The notes: generated from the sequence alone by a model not told the origin. Positions 25,381 to 42,031 are shown, numbered from the stretch's first letter. The stretch: 64,000 bases of DNA from Eledone cirrhosa (GCA_964016885.1 OZ024741.1:68572001-68636000); one strand, 5' to 3'. A program made the numbers and translations.

Positions 25381-27375
25381 GATTAGTTACAATTTTTCTC
25401 CTAATTACTAAAGCATAAGAAAAAAAAAATGCTTCAATACGTATAACTAAATCATTTATTGTCGACAGCGAATATTTTTATATCACTTTCCACATTGATA
25501 ACAATTATTCTATACTGACGAATTTTTAAAATAATCTAATCTGACTATAAATCGGACTATGTTAAAGCAGTTTTCTTGTGTGGACATTGTTATAACTATC
25601 GTAAGCATTATTATCACCGCAACTCATAGTTTTATCATGACATCTTTCAATTTATTGTTATTACTGGATGCAATAATGACCTCCTCCTACCAGAAGCTTT
25701 ACATCTCCAGGAAGTATTTCCTTTGACCACACCCTTTGATAACACAAATTTAAGGATATTTTTAAATATTCACCCGCTATTCACCATTTCCTTTCATCCT
25801 GCAATTTCTTTGCGTAATATTGCTTTTTAAACTGACTCCACTTAATTTTTACATTTTGCTCTTATTACATTTTATATATTTTCAAATATCCAATTTCCTT
25901 GTATCTTGAGTTGCTGCTCGAATAGCTGATATCTTCAGCCTGTCCTGGATGCGAATATTTCGTACATACTTTTGCCATATGAATAATTTATCCCAGCCAT
26001 GTGCATTAATGGATACTTTGCACTTTAACATTGCTGCCGTTATTTGAATCTGGGAAATCGCACATCTTGTGGTACCTACTTCAGTTAAGTGCTAAATGTC
26101 TAGTAACGGTGTAAAACTGTGCCGCTTAAAATACGAACATTCAATCCATTGGCTCGGACATAAACGACAAAGAAGGTAAAACAAAAGATAACGAAGCACA
26201 AAAAAATTATCTAATGGTGACTTCAACCTAACTTGTCTTCGGCACCAAGTTTAATAGAAGCTAAATTCACAATTTCCTTGAGAAACAACAAAACAAAACA
26301 TATTTCATCCATTGTATAGAGTGTAAATAAATGAATATTGTCACAGTAGCTTTCTTAGATGTATAGTTTGCGTTATAGCATTTGTCGAAAAGTGTGAGGA
26401 AAATATCGTACATGAGCCGTAGGAACAAATAGAAATAGAGTAAACAGAATAACAACATAAAATGCAGAATTAATAATATGAAACATCACTTACTTTGTCA
26501 GTAGAAAATGTGCAGACCCCCCATAATCTTTATTTCTCCTACTGTCTATAAACATCCCAACGAAAAGTTCACTAGCTTTAGCTTAGTGATGATAAAATTC
26601 CATTTTCCTCATCAAAATTTGACATACCTCAAAGTGCGCGTGTCACAATGTATGTATATATTAGCATATATAAAAAAAAAAATGGATTGTCTTTGTATAA
26701 AACCATAAAATATTAAGATGCAGTAACGCGTAAAAAGTGAGACGGAGAGATTTGCTTATTGTTTGGGCAAGATTTGTCATGTAAAAGTCTTCCGTGACTA
26801 ACGACCACCATAAAAAGAAAGAAAAGGAAGATGTTAATAATTGTCTCATAGTTTTGTTAAGCATTGCTAACCATCGCAAAAAATAAGCAAATAAGAAGAA
26901 ATTATATATAAATTCTACGAAGCAAAACTAATAAAATAAAAGATACCACAATGAACTAAAATTATTTGTAGCCTAATTTCAATATAACCCGATTTGGCGA
27001 CTACCCTACCAGGAAATCTAATCCTGTCAACAAATCAAAAGACATTCAAATTACTCACACATATATGACGAATAAACCAACAAATATAACTTTTGACGTG
27101 AAGAGTTTTATTGCTGGCTCTCAACCATTCGTTTGTGATCTCAATTCTCTATAAGCTCATTCTATTATACCTTTAGTGATGTTTGCCTTTTTGTTTTTAT
27201 GTATATCCATTTTTGATAGGTTTGGTTAGAATATTGAAGGTGGAATTTTTGTTTTTGCAAAGATTTTTGGATGTTTATTGAAGAAAATACGGCCTTCAAA
27301 ACCGTCTTAAATTACTCGTTTTGTGAGGTTCTTCCTTCATCCGAGAACTCCATAACACCCGTCTCAAAGACGTCC

Positions 27376-28010
27376 GTAATAATTGTTTCTACTTTTGGCA
27401 CAAGGCCAGCAATTACCCAGTGTATTATTGGTACTTTATTTTATCCAACCCGTAAGGATGAAAGGCAAAGTTAACCTCGGCGGGATTTGAACTCAGACCG
27501 TAAAGGGACGTAGCTCGATGCTTCAAAGCATAGTGTCCGACTCTCTACCGATACTGCCAATCCGACGCCCGTAATAATGGCCCGTAAAAACTTTTGCCAC
27601 AAGGCTAGAAATTTGAAACGAAGAGGAAAGTTAATTAAATCGACCCAAATGCATTAGTGGTACTTTGTTTTATCAACCCGTAAGAATGAAAGGCTAAGCT
27701 AACATCGATGTGATTTGAACTTAGAACGTAAAGGGTCATAACTATATATCGCAAAGCATGTCCGATGATCTATCAATACTGCCAATCCACAACACTGACA
27801 CGTGTAATAATAGTTTCTGGTTTAAGCATAAAGCCAACAATTTTGGGGGAGGGGAAAGTCAATTAAATTAAACCAGTGCATTACTGGTACTTTATGTTAT
27901 CGACCCCATAAGGAAGAAAGGCAGGATTTGAAATTAGAACGCAAAGAGCCGTAACTATATGCCGCAAAGCATGTTGCCCGACGCTCTACTGATACTTTCA
28001 ACCTACAACA
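27376..28010 (-). mobile_element. Three head-to-tail SINE copies
   Basis: SINE core repeated near 27376, 27590 and 27805. Confidence 0.85.
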
Positions 28011-28574
28011 TTGACACGTGTAATAATAAAAGTGTGTCCTTTGTCTATCCGTTCTCATTTTACTTAACCATTATTTTATTAGGACATTTACCTTACATCT
28101 ACCAGCCCTCCATCGCATTTTCCTTCATACGCCGGAATTCACATCACACACTATTTTCATTGGCATTTTCTATCTATCGTCACCCACACCATTTCTTTTT
28201 CATTTGAACTCTCGCAACAAACGTGATAACCCCCTCTCTTGGGAGAATTGCAAGATGGGCCTCCACCATGTAGTTAATATAAATAATGCATATCTCATAC
28301 GTGAAACCACCGTTAGGTAATAGTGGTACAATGAATAATGCGACCAGAGGCATATTACCACAGGTTCGTCTTTAACCTGTCTGTATTTTTCGTTGTTGTA
28401 GTATTAATGTGGCGACATGCTTCTGGTCTCATTATTCATAATGTCACTATTACCTAACTTCTTGTTTTCCCTCTGAAGAGAAATTTATTAATTACTCTAT
28501 CATCGAGTGCTTTGTGACAGTCTTCGAAGATCAGATGCGAATCTGTTGCTTGCAGCTTCGATTATACTCATTAC

Positions 28575-28641
<67 letters not shown>

Positions 28642-28874
28642 CACAGAGATTGATACATAAGGACAGGTGCCGAGATATACACAGAGAGTGAGAGAGAGAA
28701 CATTTTTCTCCTATGTTATAGGTGTATGGTATTATTTTGTTCAGCATTCCACTATATTTGAATTACTTCAGCTAGCTTTCGATGATAAATAACATAATCA
28801 CTGTGTATATTATCTAATGTGTTTTGGTACCATGTCAGTCAATATTTAGCATCCCTCACCCTGCTTAATTCTTT

Positions 28875-29170
28875 CTGGAGTTGAACTCCGTCGGTCTCGA
28901 CGATAAGTGTCCTCGTTGTTAGATCAATGAAACAACCTGCCCATGAAATTAACTTGTAAGTGGCTTAGCATTCAACAGATTCGTGTACCTTAAAATAATT
29001 TGCAAGATCTAGCATGAGAGTGTATGACAAAGCTGACTCTTTCCCCTCAACGGGCTTCCATATAATTTCCCTCTATTAAATTTCATTCACAAAGCACCAG
29101 CTGACATGAAGCTACAATAAATAACAATCACCCAAGATTCTAGGCAGTATGGTGGAATCCGTGATGTAAT
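28875..29170 (-). mobile_element. Old SINE fragments of other families
   Basis: tgaaattaacttgtaagtggc is the reverse complement of gccacttgcacgttaatttca at 55002-55022. Confidence 0.5.
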
Positions 29171-30142
29171 GGCTCAGAAGTCAACTTTCTATCCGTTCGG
29201 ACAGGATGCGTCTACATGTTTAACTCTAAGAAACAAACTTCAAAATTCTTTTCATCATCAATACGCAACCAAAAGGTCAAATCTAAACTCCTTCATATAT
29301 CGAGGTAGCATATCAATATAAAAAGGTAAAAAAAAAATGTAGACTTACCTCAAATATCATCTTATTTATTTAATGTGGAACTCAAAACCTTAAAAAAGAA
29401 GAAATTAAATTAATGAAACATGCATACTGGTTTAGTTTTAAAAATGTACAAAAACAATGATGCGGACAGTAAGACAGTAACACACAGCGACAAATAAAAT
29501 ATCTTATATTGATAATAATCCTTACATTTAAAGGATAGTTGTAAGCATAGGCGAGCGGCGGATTCTGTCTCGGTTCATACCTGGTACTTGTTTTATCGTT
29601 CCCTCTGTTGTAAATGAGGAAGTTTCTGGATAGTTGCTTCACATGCTAGAAACAGCAGCTCAGCCTCTCTCTCAATCCCCACCATATCATTTAAAACAGA
29701 AGCGAGGACGAAAGGACCCACGGCATGGCGTAACACACTATAAATATAATAGGAACGTTACAGACGGTCTCAAGCTCAGAAGCTCATCAAGCTGGAAGTT
29801 AATCAGGTTTCATTGGCGTTAAGCGACTGAGAGTATAATTCCTCTCCCGGACAGGATTCCAATTAGTCGCAGAGTTAATACCAAGCTGTAAAATGAAGTG
29901 TTTTGCTCAAGAACACAACGCGCCACCAAGTTAAAAAATTCCCATCATTGAAATATTTGCGTTCCTCCCCCTTCCCTAGAAGTCTGTTCGATCAGAGCTG
30001 AGCTGAGACTTTGAGCTTAAGGCAACACCATCGTTGACAAGGTAAACAGCCAACCTCAAGATGATTGCTCGACTTACAAGAAATAGCAACTAAATCTTCA
30101 AAAATTATTTGCTACTGATAAGGTAGTCCTTAATACATAAAA

Positions 30143-30338
30143 TAATAATAATTGTTTCTACGTTTGGCACAAGGCCAGCAATAACCCAGTGCATTACTGG
30201 TACTTTATTTTATCGACCCCGTAAGGATGAAAGGCAAAGTTAACCTCGGCGGGATTTGAACTCAGAATGGCATGGGCCGTAACTCTATGCGTCAAAGCAT
30301 GGCGTCCGACCCTCTACCGATACTGCCAATCCACCGCC
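30143..30338 (-). mobile_element. tRNA-derived SINE (short variant)
   Basis: Full consensus from the tail aataattgtttcta to the head ccaccgcc. Confidence 0.9.
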
Positions 30339-30513
30339 ATTAAATAAAATAATAATAATGAAAATTATTGTGTACATCAGTTCATAAAAGGTAGCCAAAA
30401 GTGCATATATAGTACATAGAATAATGTACAAAAATCAGGAAAATGAACAGTGTACGAGTCATGACACAAACACCACACACGCGCACATACATCATGGCTA
30501 TGATTGCAAATAT

Positions 30514-30733
30514 ATAATTGTTTCTACTTTAGGTACAAGGCCAGCAATTTGGGGAGAGGGGAAAGTCGAAGAAATGGACCCCAGTGTGTTACCGGTACTT
30601 TATTTTATCAACCTCGTGAGGATGAAAGGCAAAGCTAACCTCGGTGGGATTTGAACTCAGAACATAAAGGGCCATAACTCTATGCTGCAAAGCATGGCGT
30701 CTGACGCTCTACCAATACTGCCAATCCACCGCC
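30514..30733 (-). mobile_element. tRNA-derived SINE (long variant)
   Basis: Full consensus including the ttggggagaggggaaagtcga segment. Confidence 0.9.
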
Positions 30734-31028
30734 TTAATATATATAAGATAATCATTACTGAAAAACATTCGATCGTATGTTCATTCCATAGGGCTAACCT
30801 GTAATTTGACAACAACAAAACTGATAATGAAGAAAAAAAGAGTGCACCCTAAATAGAATACACAGTAGAGTGAGTTGAAACTAGGTTCTCTACTGTATTT
30901 AGTGTAGATAACAGTGTCTATGTTTTCTTGCTGTTTATCTTCAGGTTAGTCCAGATAGAGCAGACTCACTAACGAAGGTTTTCTAACCATAATTATCCTG
31001 TTTTGTTTCAAAGTATCTGAGACTACAT

Positions 31029-31211
31029 CAGACACGTCAACCCTCCTCGTCAGACGGGGAGATCTCCCACCCAGTTTGGGGTGGGTGAATGAGGTCTTCT
31101 CTTGTGAAAATGGGTATAGCTTTCATTATGTAAAATCTCCCCATTTTGCCTCATTTCTCACTTTTTTTTCATGGTACTTCCCGTTTGGGTTTTTAGAGCT
31201 TGGTAGGCCTG
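31029..31211 (-). mobile_element. MITE-like element, copy 2
   Basis: Reverse complement of the 3054-3248 family. Confidence 0.75.
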
Positions 31212-31834
31212 CGTAGAAGCATTCTCACATTATTTCGTAGACTAGATTTAAAGTGAGGTATACATACATAGTGTAGATTTAATGACGAATAAACTTAACT
31301 ATGCTAGAACTATGCAAAGAACTAAATACATATCGCTTTGTATATCAATGGATAGAGACATATGTATGGGTGAGAAAGAAAGAAATAGAAATTTATAGAT
31401 TCATGCTTTTCCTGGGATATATTAGCAGCTTAAACGAAGTGAAATGATTTTAATTGTGAATTGAAGCAAGGTTGTTCAACTTACAACCATTCATACAACC
31501 TACGTAAAAGTTGACAAAGTGTCGCTTGTTGTTGAGTACCGAAACAACACAGATTGAGTGAATGTATTACCATAAGCATTTCAACCATGACAATGCATTT
31601 CGTTTCCTATCACAGTGTGAATAGGTTTATTGATTTCAATGTGTACATTAAATGAATGACAGTAAGGTATTATCTGAAGGAGCCTGGGTCACTATTTCTA
31701 GCAAGTGAAGCGAGCAAATGGAAGTTTATTTATTGGACAGGTAAAATATAGACGAAGATTTAGTTAAATGAATTTTTTACTGACTCAGAAAGATGAGACA
31801 AAGCTGACGATTGCGGTATTGGATCTCAAAACTG

Positions 31835-32095
<261 letters not shown>

Positions 32096-32578
32096 TATAT
32101 AATATTGAATGTCATTTTGTCCGACTTTTTACATTTTCTATCAATACACACACAAAAATAACAACCACACACACCCACATAGCAGAAACAGAGAAATAAA
32201 TATTGACTTATTTTCGTCCAAGTACACAGTCTCCATGCTAGAGGTAAATATATGTTTGCAATATATACACTTTTTCCCAAAGCTACCAAAGTTCTGTAAT
32301 TATTGGATTCAACCACGCACTGAAAGAGAATGGCGGCCTCCTTTTGTTCGTCTCGCAGTAGGTCTTTTTTCATTGAAGATTATAGAGGAATAAAATTACG
32401 AGAAGTATTGGCGCCAGTACAAAAAAAAAAGAGAAAGCTTCAAGGAAGATAGTTTATTTTATAAACAACAAGAATAAGAATTATCCAAACTATACTGAAA
32501 GAAGGACACGATTCTGCTGTTTCTAACATATCCCGCACAAAAGGAAAGTATTTTTGCGTATCCCGCTTCTCAGTAATT

Positions 32579-32777
32579 CAAACCTTTCAACATCTAAAAA
32601 TCCAAACGGGGAGTACCATGAAAAAAAGTGCCCCCAAACGAGGAGAAATGAGGCAAAATGGGAAGATTTTACATAATGAAAGCTACACCCATTTTCACAA
32701 GATGAGTCATCCCTCACCCACCCCAAAGTGGGTGAGAGATCTCCCCGTATGGGAGATCTCCCCAGTTGACAAGTCTG
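32579..32777 (+). mobile_element. MITE-like element, copy 3
   Basis: Homologous to 3054-3248; gtaatt on both flanks. Confidence 0.75.
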
Positions 32778-33356
32778 GTAATTTTACATTAATTAATTTA
32801 TAAGATACAAAGCTAATTTTTATGAAGTGAGAGGGGAGGGGCGTGTTCTGTTAGACGGCATGTCTAGGGTGATTTAAACCTAGTAGCGACAATTCCTCTC
32901 CACATCGGAACTTGTTAGATTTCTTCCAACGCTAATTAAAAACAAATAACATACTGCGCCTTTGACCCGACGACCTCTGGGTCCATATGGTCCCAGGGGC
33001 TCTATATAAGAATTTCGAGCTTCCACACAAAGGAAAATAGTAAATTGAGTATCCACGAAAAAACTTTGCTCTCAGAAAATATCTTAGAAAAATAACACAA
33101 ATTAAAATCAAATACAACAATGAATCAAAGCTGTTGGTCACTAACTTCCCCGGGGAATTAATATAAATCAAAAGAAATGATACGGGATGAAAACAAAACC
33201 ACCGACAACCAGAATTAGTGATGATGAAGTGGAAATATATTCACACACACACACACACACGCACACAAAATATTGTCTCCAGTTTATTTTCTAGGGGACT
33301 TTAGTTGGCACTAGCGCTTCACCAAAGGTTGAGAACCATTGTTAGAGATGATACGT

Positions 33357-33510
33357 GGCGAATTGGCAGAATCATTAGAACATCTGATAGAATGCTTTGC
33401 GGTATTCGTTCCGGCTCCCTATGCTCTGAGTTCAAAATCAACTGAGATCAACTTTGTCTTCCAGACTTTCGAGGTCGATATAAAAAGTACCAGTTCAGTA
33501 CTGGGGATAG
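33357..33510 (+). mobile_element. tRNA-derived SINE
   Basis: ggcgaattggcagaatcattaga..gagttcaaaatc..gaggtcgata..agtaccagt. Confidence 0.75.
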
Positions 33511-35951
33511 ATTCTTCCTCTTTATCTCTGTCTAACTTCACTTCACCTCTATCATTCCCTATCTCTCTTCTTTTTTTGCAGAAATCGGTTGAGTTAAGAT
33601 CTGGAGGTGGATGGGCTCCGCCAGGTTTAAAAGTGCCTAAGCCTCACTGTATGTCATCATGGCACCCCTACGACTCCACCAGGAGTTTATGGATACATAC
33701 ATAGATATTTACTATAAACGGTTCATAAAGTTCTTCAATGATGTTAGATTATATAGAATCTATATAATATATCGCACCCATTTTTGAAAAGTTTGAAACT
33801 TTTCAGTTACTTAGGTGTCGATTGAATCAAATACTTTAGTACTACCAATGATATGAGTAAAGCCATTTTAACGAAATATTATTACTGGTTTTCCTTCGAG
33901 GAAATACTGTAGATGCAGTTGTTTAAATTAGTACGTATCCTAATAGAAAGCACGAGGAAATCCCTGCCCAGTGAGTGCAGATAGCAATACGCTATCTAGT
34001 TATCTATATCTGTGAGTTCAGACCAACTCGGGCCCAGAAAAACAATAATCCAACGACAAATAAAAGTTGGTATAGTTTACCTGTCCTGCAGCCTCGACGC
34101 AGTCTACAAATATATTCTTGATTAATGTTTTCACGTATCTGATAGTAATCAACCTAATTAGCATTCGTTAATTCAACCCCAGCTCCTATTCTGTACAGGA
34201 AAATTTCGCATCCCTTTGTTTAAAATTTATCAGAATTTCTCCTCAGTGTTCAATCTTTGCAGAACACACTTAATAATGGCAACATCAGTCCGTATTAAAT
34301 GATGCGAGAATGAAATTGTTTCGCAAAGGGTACATCATTATTAATACCTCCAAATAGTATCTATTTACATTCTGACGTTCTGTTTCCTAAATGCAATGTC
34401 ACTCTATTATAACTAGTTAAAACTAGTTATAATAATTCCACAACTCACACAGCATATATTCTACATAATTGTTCAGAAAAAATATTACACAATTTACACA
34501 CCACATAAAATGCACCATTATCAGCCGACACAATATAGCAAATCCCAGCCCATAAACCAATCATTACGTGGCTCAAATACTCTCACAAAATTAGAATGAA
34601 ACAAAACTGCATAAAAATTCCACAACAAAGATAAACAAATGCAGTATACACACTCAATCATACATACACACAACAATAACCACGTATGTGCACCTGTTAT
34701 ACAGTAGATGGCCGTATGACATTGAAAACTGAGCTAACGTCCTTTATAAGTTTCAACAAATTTTACAAAGGAAAGATTATTAGAATGTTTTATGGTCTTA
34801 TAATTATGACGTATCCCGTGACTTAGTATATTGGTAGGCTTACAGAAAATCGTATCTACAATGCAGGTTCGAATCTTGATGAATATTTTTGATCGAGAAT
34901 GTAGAGGTTCGGATTAGAAAAATTCCATAACTGTCTCCTAGCAGAGATTGAAGCTCTACACAAAGAGAATGGGTAGCTACGTCTCTAACATACAACACGA
35001 CCACTGACTGGCTTACAATCGGATCACACTAACCTGATTTTATTCTCGTCTCGCTTTCACGGAGAAACACACGCTCGGCAGTCATTAAATAATTCGCGTC
35101 AATTATCTAGTTAATGACTTTAGAGACATACATATAAAGTACATATACTAGTGTCTGAGTACATATACTAGTGTCTGAGTGTGTCTGAAGCTACAGGTGG
35201 ATCCTTCTCACTTATCAAGGTTCGGGTAGATTAGGCTTTTCAAGTCATGAACTTTGACACAAAACAGTATATCTTCCTATTCCAGAGTAACATGGCTCAA
35301 GCTTCGATAACATATATATATTCTTAGAAAATGTAATATACTCCGACGCAGAAATAATGTAAATACAGTCGATTGCTAAAAATAACTTAGAAAATCGGGT
35401 AAAATACTCTTATGGACGGGAAAAAAAGAAGAATTGGCCAGTGGCCACAACGATGATTTGAACTTTGTATCTGTCAGATACCGACTGACAGCTCTAGTTA
35501 TTGAAATAAACAACATTTGGAAAATAAATTATCGGAACGTTGAATAGATTGGTATTCTTGGAAAATGTAGAACTTTGAAATGCAGTAAATAACTGTAACC
35601 ACAGTCGATTGCTTTATATAATAGGTGAGAAAATCGGGTAAAATACTCTATAGACAGAGAAAAAGTGGTCAGCAGCTGCTAAGAAGGCTTGAACTCTATA
35701 CCTCTCAAATTCTGAACTTCTTAGTTATTCGGTTATGCAGCGTTCACTTTATATCCATCGATCCACCCCACCCCCACACACACAGGATAATCTCAAACAC
35801 GCGCACGCACACACACACATATATATATACATGTGTGAATATAATATATATATATATATAATACACACACATATATATATATACATATATCTATACATAC
35901 ACACATATATATATGTGTATATAGATCCATACGTATATATATATAGATCCA

Positions 35952-35982
<31 letters not shown>

Positions 35983-36469
35983 GTGTGTGTGAGGAATACT
36001 TCAATAATATCTTTAGTAAGGTGGAAGAAGCTGTATGCGCAGTAAAATCCTCGGTTCATCTGGAGTTTAAAACAGCCGAATAAGCCATCGACAGTTAAAG
36101 TTCTTGTTGAGGACAGTTCATGTTGCAGAGCATTAATGTTCCATATGATAAAAGACCGAGGTTAACAACTTAAATTCATTCTCTTATTTCTATGTCCGTT
36201 TAAAAAAAACAAACTCCAAACCCCGCCGATGTCAACTTTGCCTTTCATAAAATAACATACCAGTCAAGTACCGGGGTTGATTTAATTAACGCTGTCCCTT
36301 CATTCAAATTTACCGGCATTGTCCCTGAACTAGCAATCAATATCTATTAGAGTAATTAATGTAAATATATATATTTACATATTTACCCAGAGATTTCTGA
36401 TTTCCACACAAAGAGTGACGTATATTCACAATAATATCGTTCAAATTATTTCATTTATTTCATTAACAC

Positions 36470-36668
36470 TATGTATGTATGTATGTATGTATGTATGTAT
36501 GTATGTATGTATGTATGTATGTATGTATGTATGTATGTATGTATGCATGCATGCATGTATGTATGTATGTATGTACTCCTAACTCCTGATGGAGTCATAC
36601 AAGCGGTGTATTGGACACAGGTCTGAACACAGCCGATTTCTTCTAGAGAAGAAGAGAGAGCTATATAC

Positions 36669-36733
<65 letters not shown>

Positions 36734-36764
36734 TATACATATACATATATATACATATATATAC

Positions 36765-36823
<59 letters not shown>

Positions 36824-36838
36824 TATACATATATATAC

Positions 36839-36907
<69 letters not shown>

Positions 36908-36941
36908 TATACATATATATATATATATACATATATATACA

Positions 36942-37025
<84 letters not shown>
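36470..37025. repeat. (TATG)n and (TA)n microsatellites
   Basis: Simple repeats. Confidence 0.9.
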
Positions 37026-37026
<1 letters not shown>

Positions 37027-37193
37027 GTATAAAACAAAGAGGGTGTGGTAAGATACCGGTGGACCATAACGCACTAGAGTACTCGATACTTAGGGTAGTA
37101 GAGTGGGTAATAGGGAAAGAGTGAGGACCCCGACAGTTCGGATCTAGCTGTCGAAACGGTCGGAGCTCAGCCGTCGAGTTCCTGACTCTTTTC

Positions 37194-37250
<57 letters not shown>

Positions 37251-37410
37251 ATCGGAGAAAGCTAATAGCGATACTCCGGCCAAATTCCAACTCACTCAAC
37301 AAACATCAGGAAATACCTGAGTATATGAGTATATTCCTAATTAAACGTTCGGGGTGCTAACTAATTGTATTGTGTGGAAAGTTGGCTGCATCATTTCATA
37401 TGAGATATAT

Positions 37411-37501
<91 letters not shown>

Positions 37502-38592
37502 AGAAAAGAGAGGAAGTAAGATAGCGATATAGAAGAAGAATTGTCCCTACTCACGGGACTGGAACTTTCTTCGATCTCAAAAGGCAAAATTAACCTCAGC
37601 GAGATATGAGCCGAAAGAATACAGCAAAACATTCTATCTGACGTTCTAACAATTTTGCCAACACAGTGTACGTTTAAGATATTAAATAAACACTTGCAAA
37701 AGCATTTCAGAAATCATCGTACTGTTACTTTCACAGAGAATGCCTTTTAATATTAGATACGAAAAAGTTGATAGATTGAGCATCGGATAAAAATGATTTG
37801 TGGTATATAGCTACTACTTTTGTTAATACTTGTGTCTAAATTAGAAAACACTATTAGATATGAAAAATATCACATAAAGAAATATTAGGTATTATAAGAA
37901 CAGCATAGGACAGATAAGGGAAACAGATTCCAGGTAGTTTTTCGTTACGGACAGGGTTATGTATTAGGTTGTCAAGTATGAAATTTGTAGAAATTGTTTT
38001 TGTTCACAAAATTTGTACAAATTTCATACTTGACGACCCAATAATATAAACTATAACCTAGATTAAATACAGTAACGGTTATTTCATCGAATCGAACTTT
38101 GCTTGGTTTGGCATATTTTTATAAGTAGTTTAACCTGCTTCACTGCGCTAAATGTCAGACTAATTATTTTGTAAACATAAATATAAAACTATATTTAGTG
38201 CATTAGGAGTATTAGGAAAAATTGAACATATATCACCTATATCTAATCTAATTAGGCCGAGTTTACACTCACAAATAAGAAGAACCAGGGCCGCCCCTAG
38301 GAGCATTGGATTTGGCGTACTTCATATTTGTTTCGGTTGCTGAATACAATCAGGGGTCACTGCTTCTCCTGAAGGTCAATAGTTCTCTTCTAACTCGAGC
38401 GGGAGCGCCGTTCCATTGTCAATTTGCATTGATCATCCATGCCAAGCTGCATTGTTCTCAGAACCACTACACCAGTCTTTCGATGCGTGCAGCTGGAACT
38501 ACTGCCACCCATTGATTTGTGCTTATAAGCACCTATATAATGCTAAAACTATATGAAGCACGATCCAATACAGCATATATTGTATCGACATC

Positions 38593-38757
38593 AGGCACAA
38601 GGCCAGCAATTTTGGGGAAGAGGAAAGTCGATTAAATCGACCCCAGCGCATTACTGGTGATTTATTTTATCGACCCTTTAAGGATGAAAGGCAAAGCTAA
38701 CCTCGACGGGATTTGAACTCAGAACGTGAAGAACCATCACTGTATGCTGCAAAGCAT
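38593..38757 (-). mobile_element. tRNA-derived SINE
   Basis: Consensus core. Confidence 0.85.
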
Positions 38758-38801
38758 ATATACACACCCACATATGTATATATATATATATATATACACA
38801 C

Positions 38802-38859
<58 letters not shown>

Positions 38860-39719
38860 TAAAATAACAGATTAAAGTTTAAGCAAAGAATCGCTGCTTT
38901 CACCCTCAACGGGATCTTCTGAAACTAACAAAGTCAATATGTAAACGCAAAACTGGATATTTCAAAAAACGTTGCAACCGGAGGAAGACAGGAAGACGAT
39001 ACTTTGGTTCGTGGAAACGTTCGCTGGCAAAGAACGGGAAAAAACGAATAATACGTCATTAATAGGAGCGGTGAAAAACAATTACGCGCAAAGACAAAAC
39101 CACGTTTATGGTATAAAAGAGGTCGTAGACTAATGTTCTCTTAGGTGGTGCATAGAGACGTTCTCTGGCAATGAACGAAAAAACGAAGATAATAAGTCAT
39201 ATGTGGAGCGTGGAGAACAATAACACGCAAAGACAAAACCACGTAAATGGTATAGCAGAAATCGAAGACTAAAATTCTAACTAGGAGACCAAATGAATCT
39301 CCGCTACAGAGTTAAGAACAAAGTAAATAAATACAATACAGAAGTAATAGAAACAAATAAATACATACGCGCAAACAGATACGTACATACACAAGCATAC
39401 GCAAAACCTTACCATGGGTATACAAAACCACGCACATATAAATATGTGTGTGTGCGTATGCTTGTGTACAAATAAATAAATAATTATATAAACGTATATA
39501 AGTAAATAAATACGTATATAACAAGCGCACACGCATACCTACATATAAATACACGAATGTTCGGAGACGTAAGTCAACTAAAACAAGAAGTACACATATA
39601 CACACACCCACCATACGTACGAACCTGCACACTCACGCGGACGCAAAACTCCCGTATACACATAGCCAAACCCTAAATACCAGAATATGTAAAAATTATA
39701 CGCTATAACAGTCAAATAT

Positions 39720-40950
<1,231 letters not shown>

Positions 40951-41043
40951 GAAGTAATTCCGTCGGAAAAGTCCAAGAAAAAAGAGTGCTCTATGTAGGT
41001 TACTGAGCTTAATAGTTATGTAATAAACAAGATAAGATAATTG

Positions 41044-41104
41044 TTTCATTTACCAGTGGTTTCTTGAAAGCAAACGAAATTTGCTTTCAGTCATCAGAAT
41101 GAAA
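41044..41104 (-). ncRNA. Type I hammerhead ribozyme (mirror copy)
   Basis: Reverse complement of 41186-41245. Confidence 0.85.
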
Positions 41105-41185
41105 AAATCCTGGTGTATTTATTGACAGTGGATTTTTAAAACCAATGGTTTTTAAAATCCTCTGTCAATAAATACACCAGTATTT

Positions 41186-41245
41186 TTTCATTCTGATGAC
41201 TGAAAGCAAATTTCGTTTGCTTTCAAGAAACCACTGGTAAATGAA
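41186..41245 (+). ncRNA. Type I hammerhead ribozyme
   Basis: tttcatt-CTGATGA-ctgaaagcaaa tttcg tttgctttcaa-GAAA-ccactgg-TA-aatgaaa; predicted GUA cleavage site. Confidence 0.85.
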
Positions 41246-41376
41246 ATAATTATCTTATGTTGTTTATTACATAACTATATATATATAAACACTTATATAT
41301 ATATAAATATATAAATATGTATATATAAATATAAATATATATATATGTATATATATAAATATATAAATATATATAA

Positions 41377-41407
<31 letters not shown>

Positions 41408-41729
41408 TATATACATAAATATATATATGTATATATATACATAAATATATATATGTATATATATATAAATAAATATATATATGTATATATATATATATAA
41501 ATATATAAATATATTTATATATATAAGTATATAAATATATTTATATATATAAATATATAAATATATTTATATATATAAATATATAAATATATTTATATAT
41601 ATATATATATAAATATATACATATATATATATATATAAATATATATATATAATATATATATACATAAATATATATATATAAGTATATATATATATATATA
41701 TAAATATATATATAAATATATATATATAA

Positions 41730-41855
<126 letters not shown>

Positions 41856-41964
41856 GTATATCTATATCTATATATAAATATATATATATATATATAAATA
41901 TATGTATAAAAATATATATATATATATATATTATAATAATATATATATATATATATGTAAATAT

Positions 41965-41995
<31 letters not shown>

Positions 41996-42031
41996 AATAT
42001 ATATATATATAATATATATATACATAAATAT

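Larger units (their letters stand above)
41012..41278. mobile_element. 267-bp palindromic element carrying two divergent hammerheads
   Basis: Arms are reverse complements around ~41145 with few mismatches; embedded between (TA)n tracts. Confidence 0.85.
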
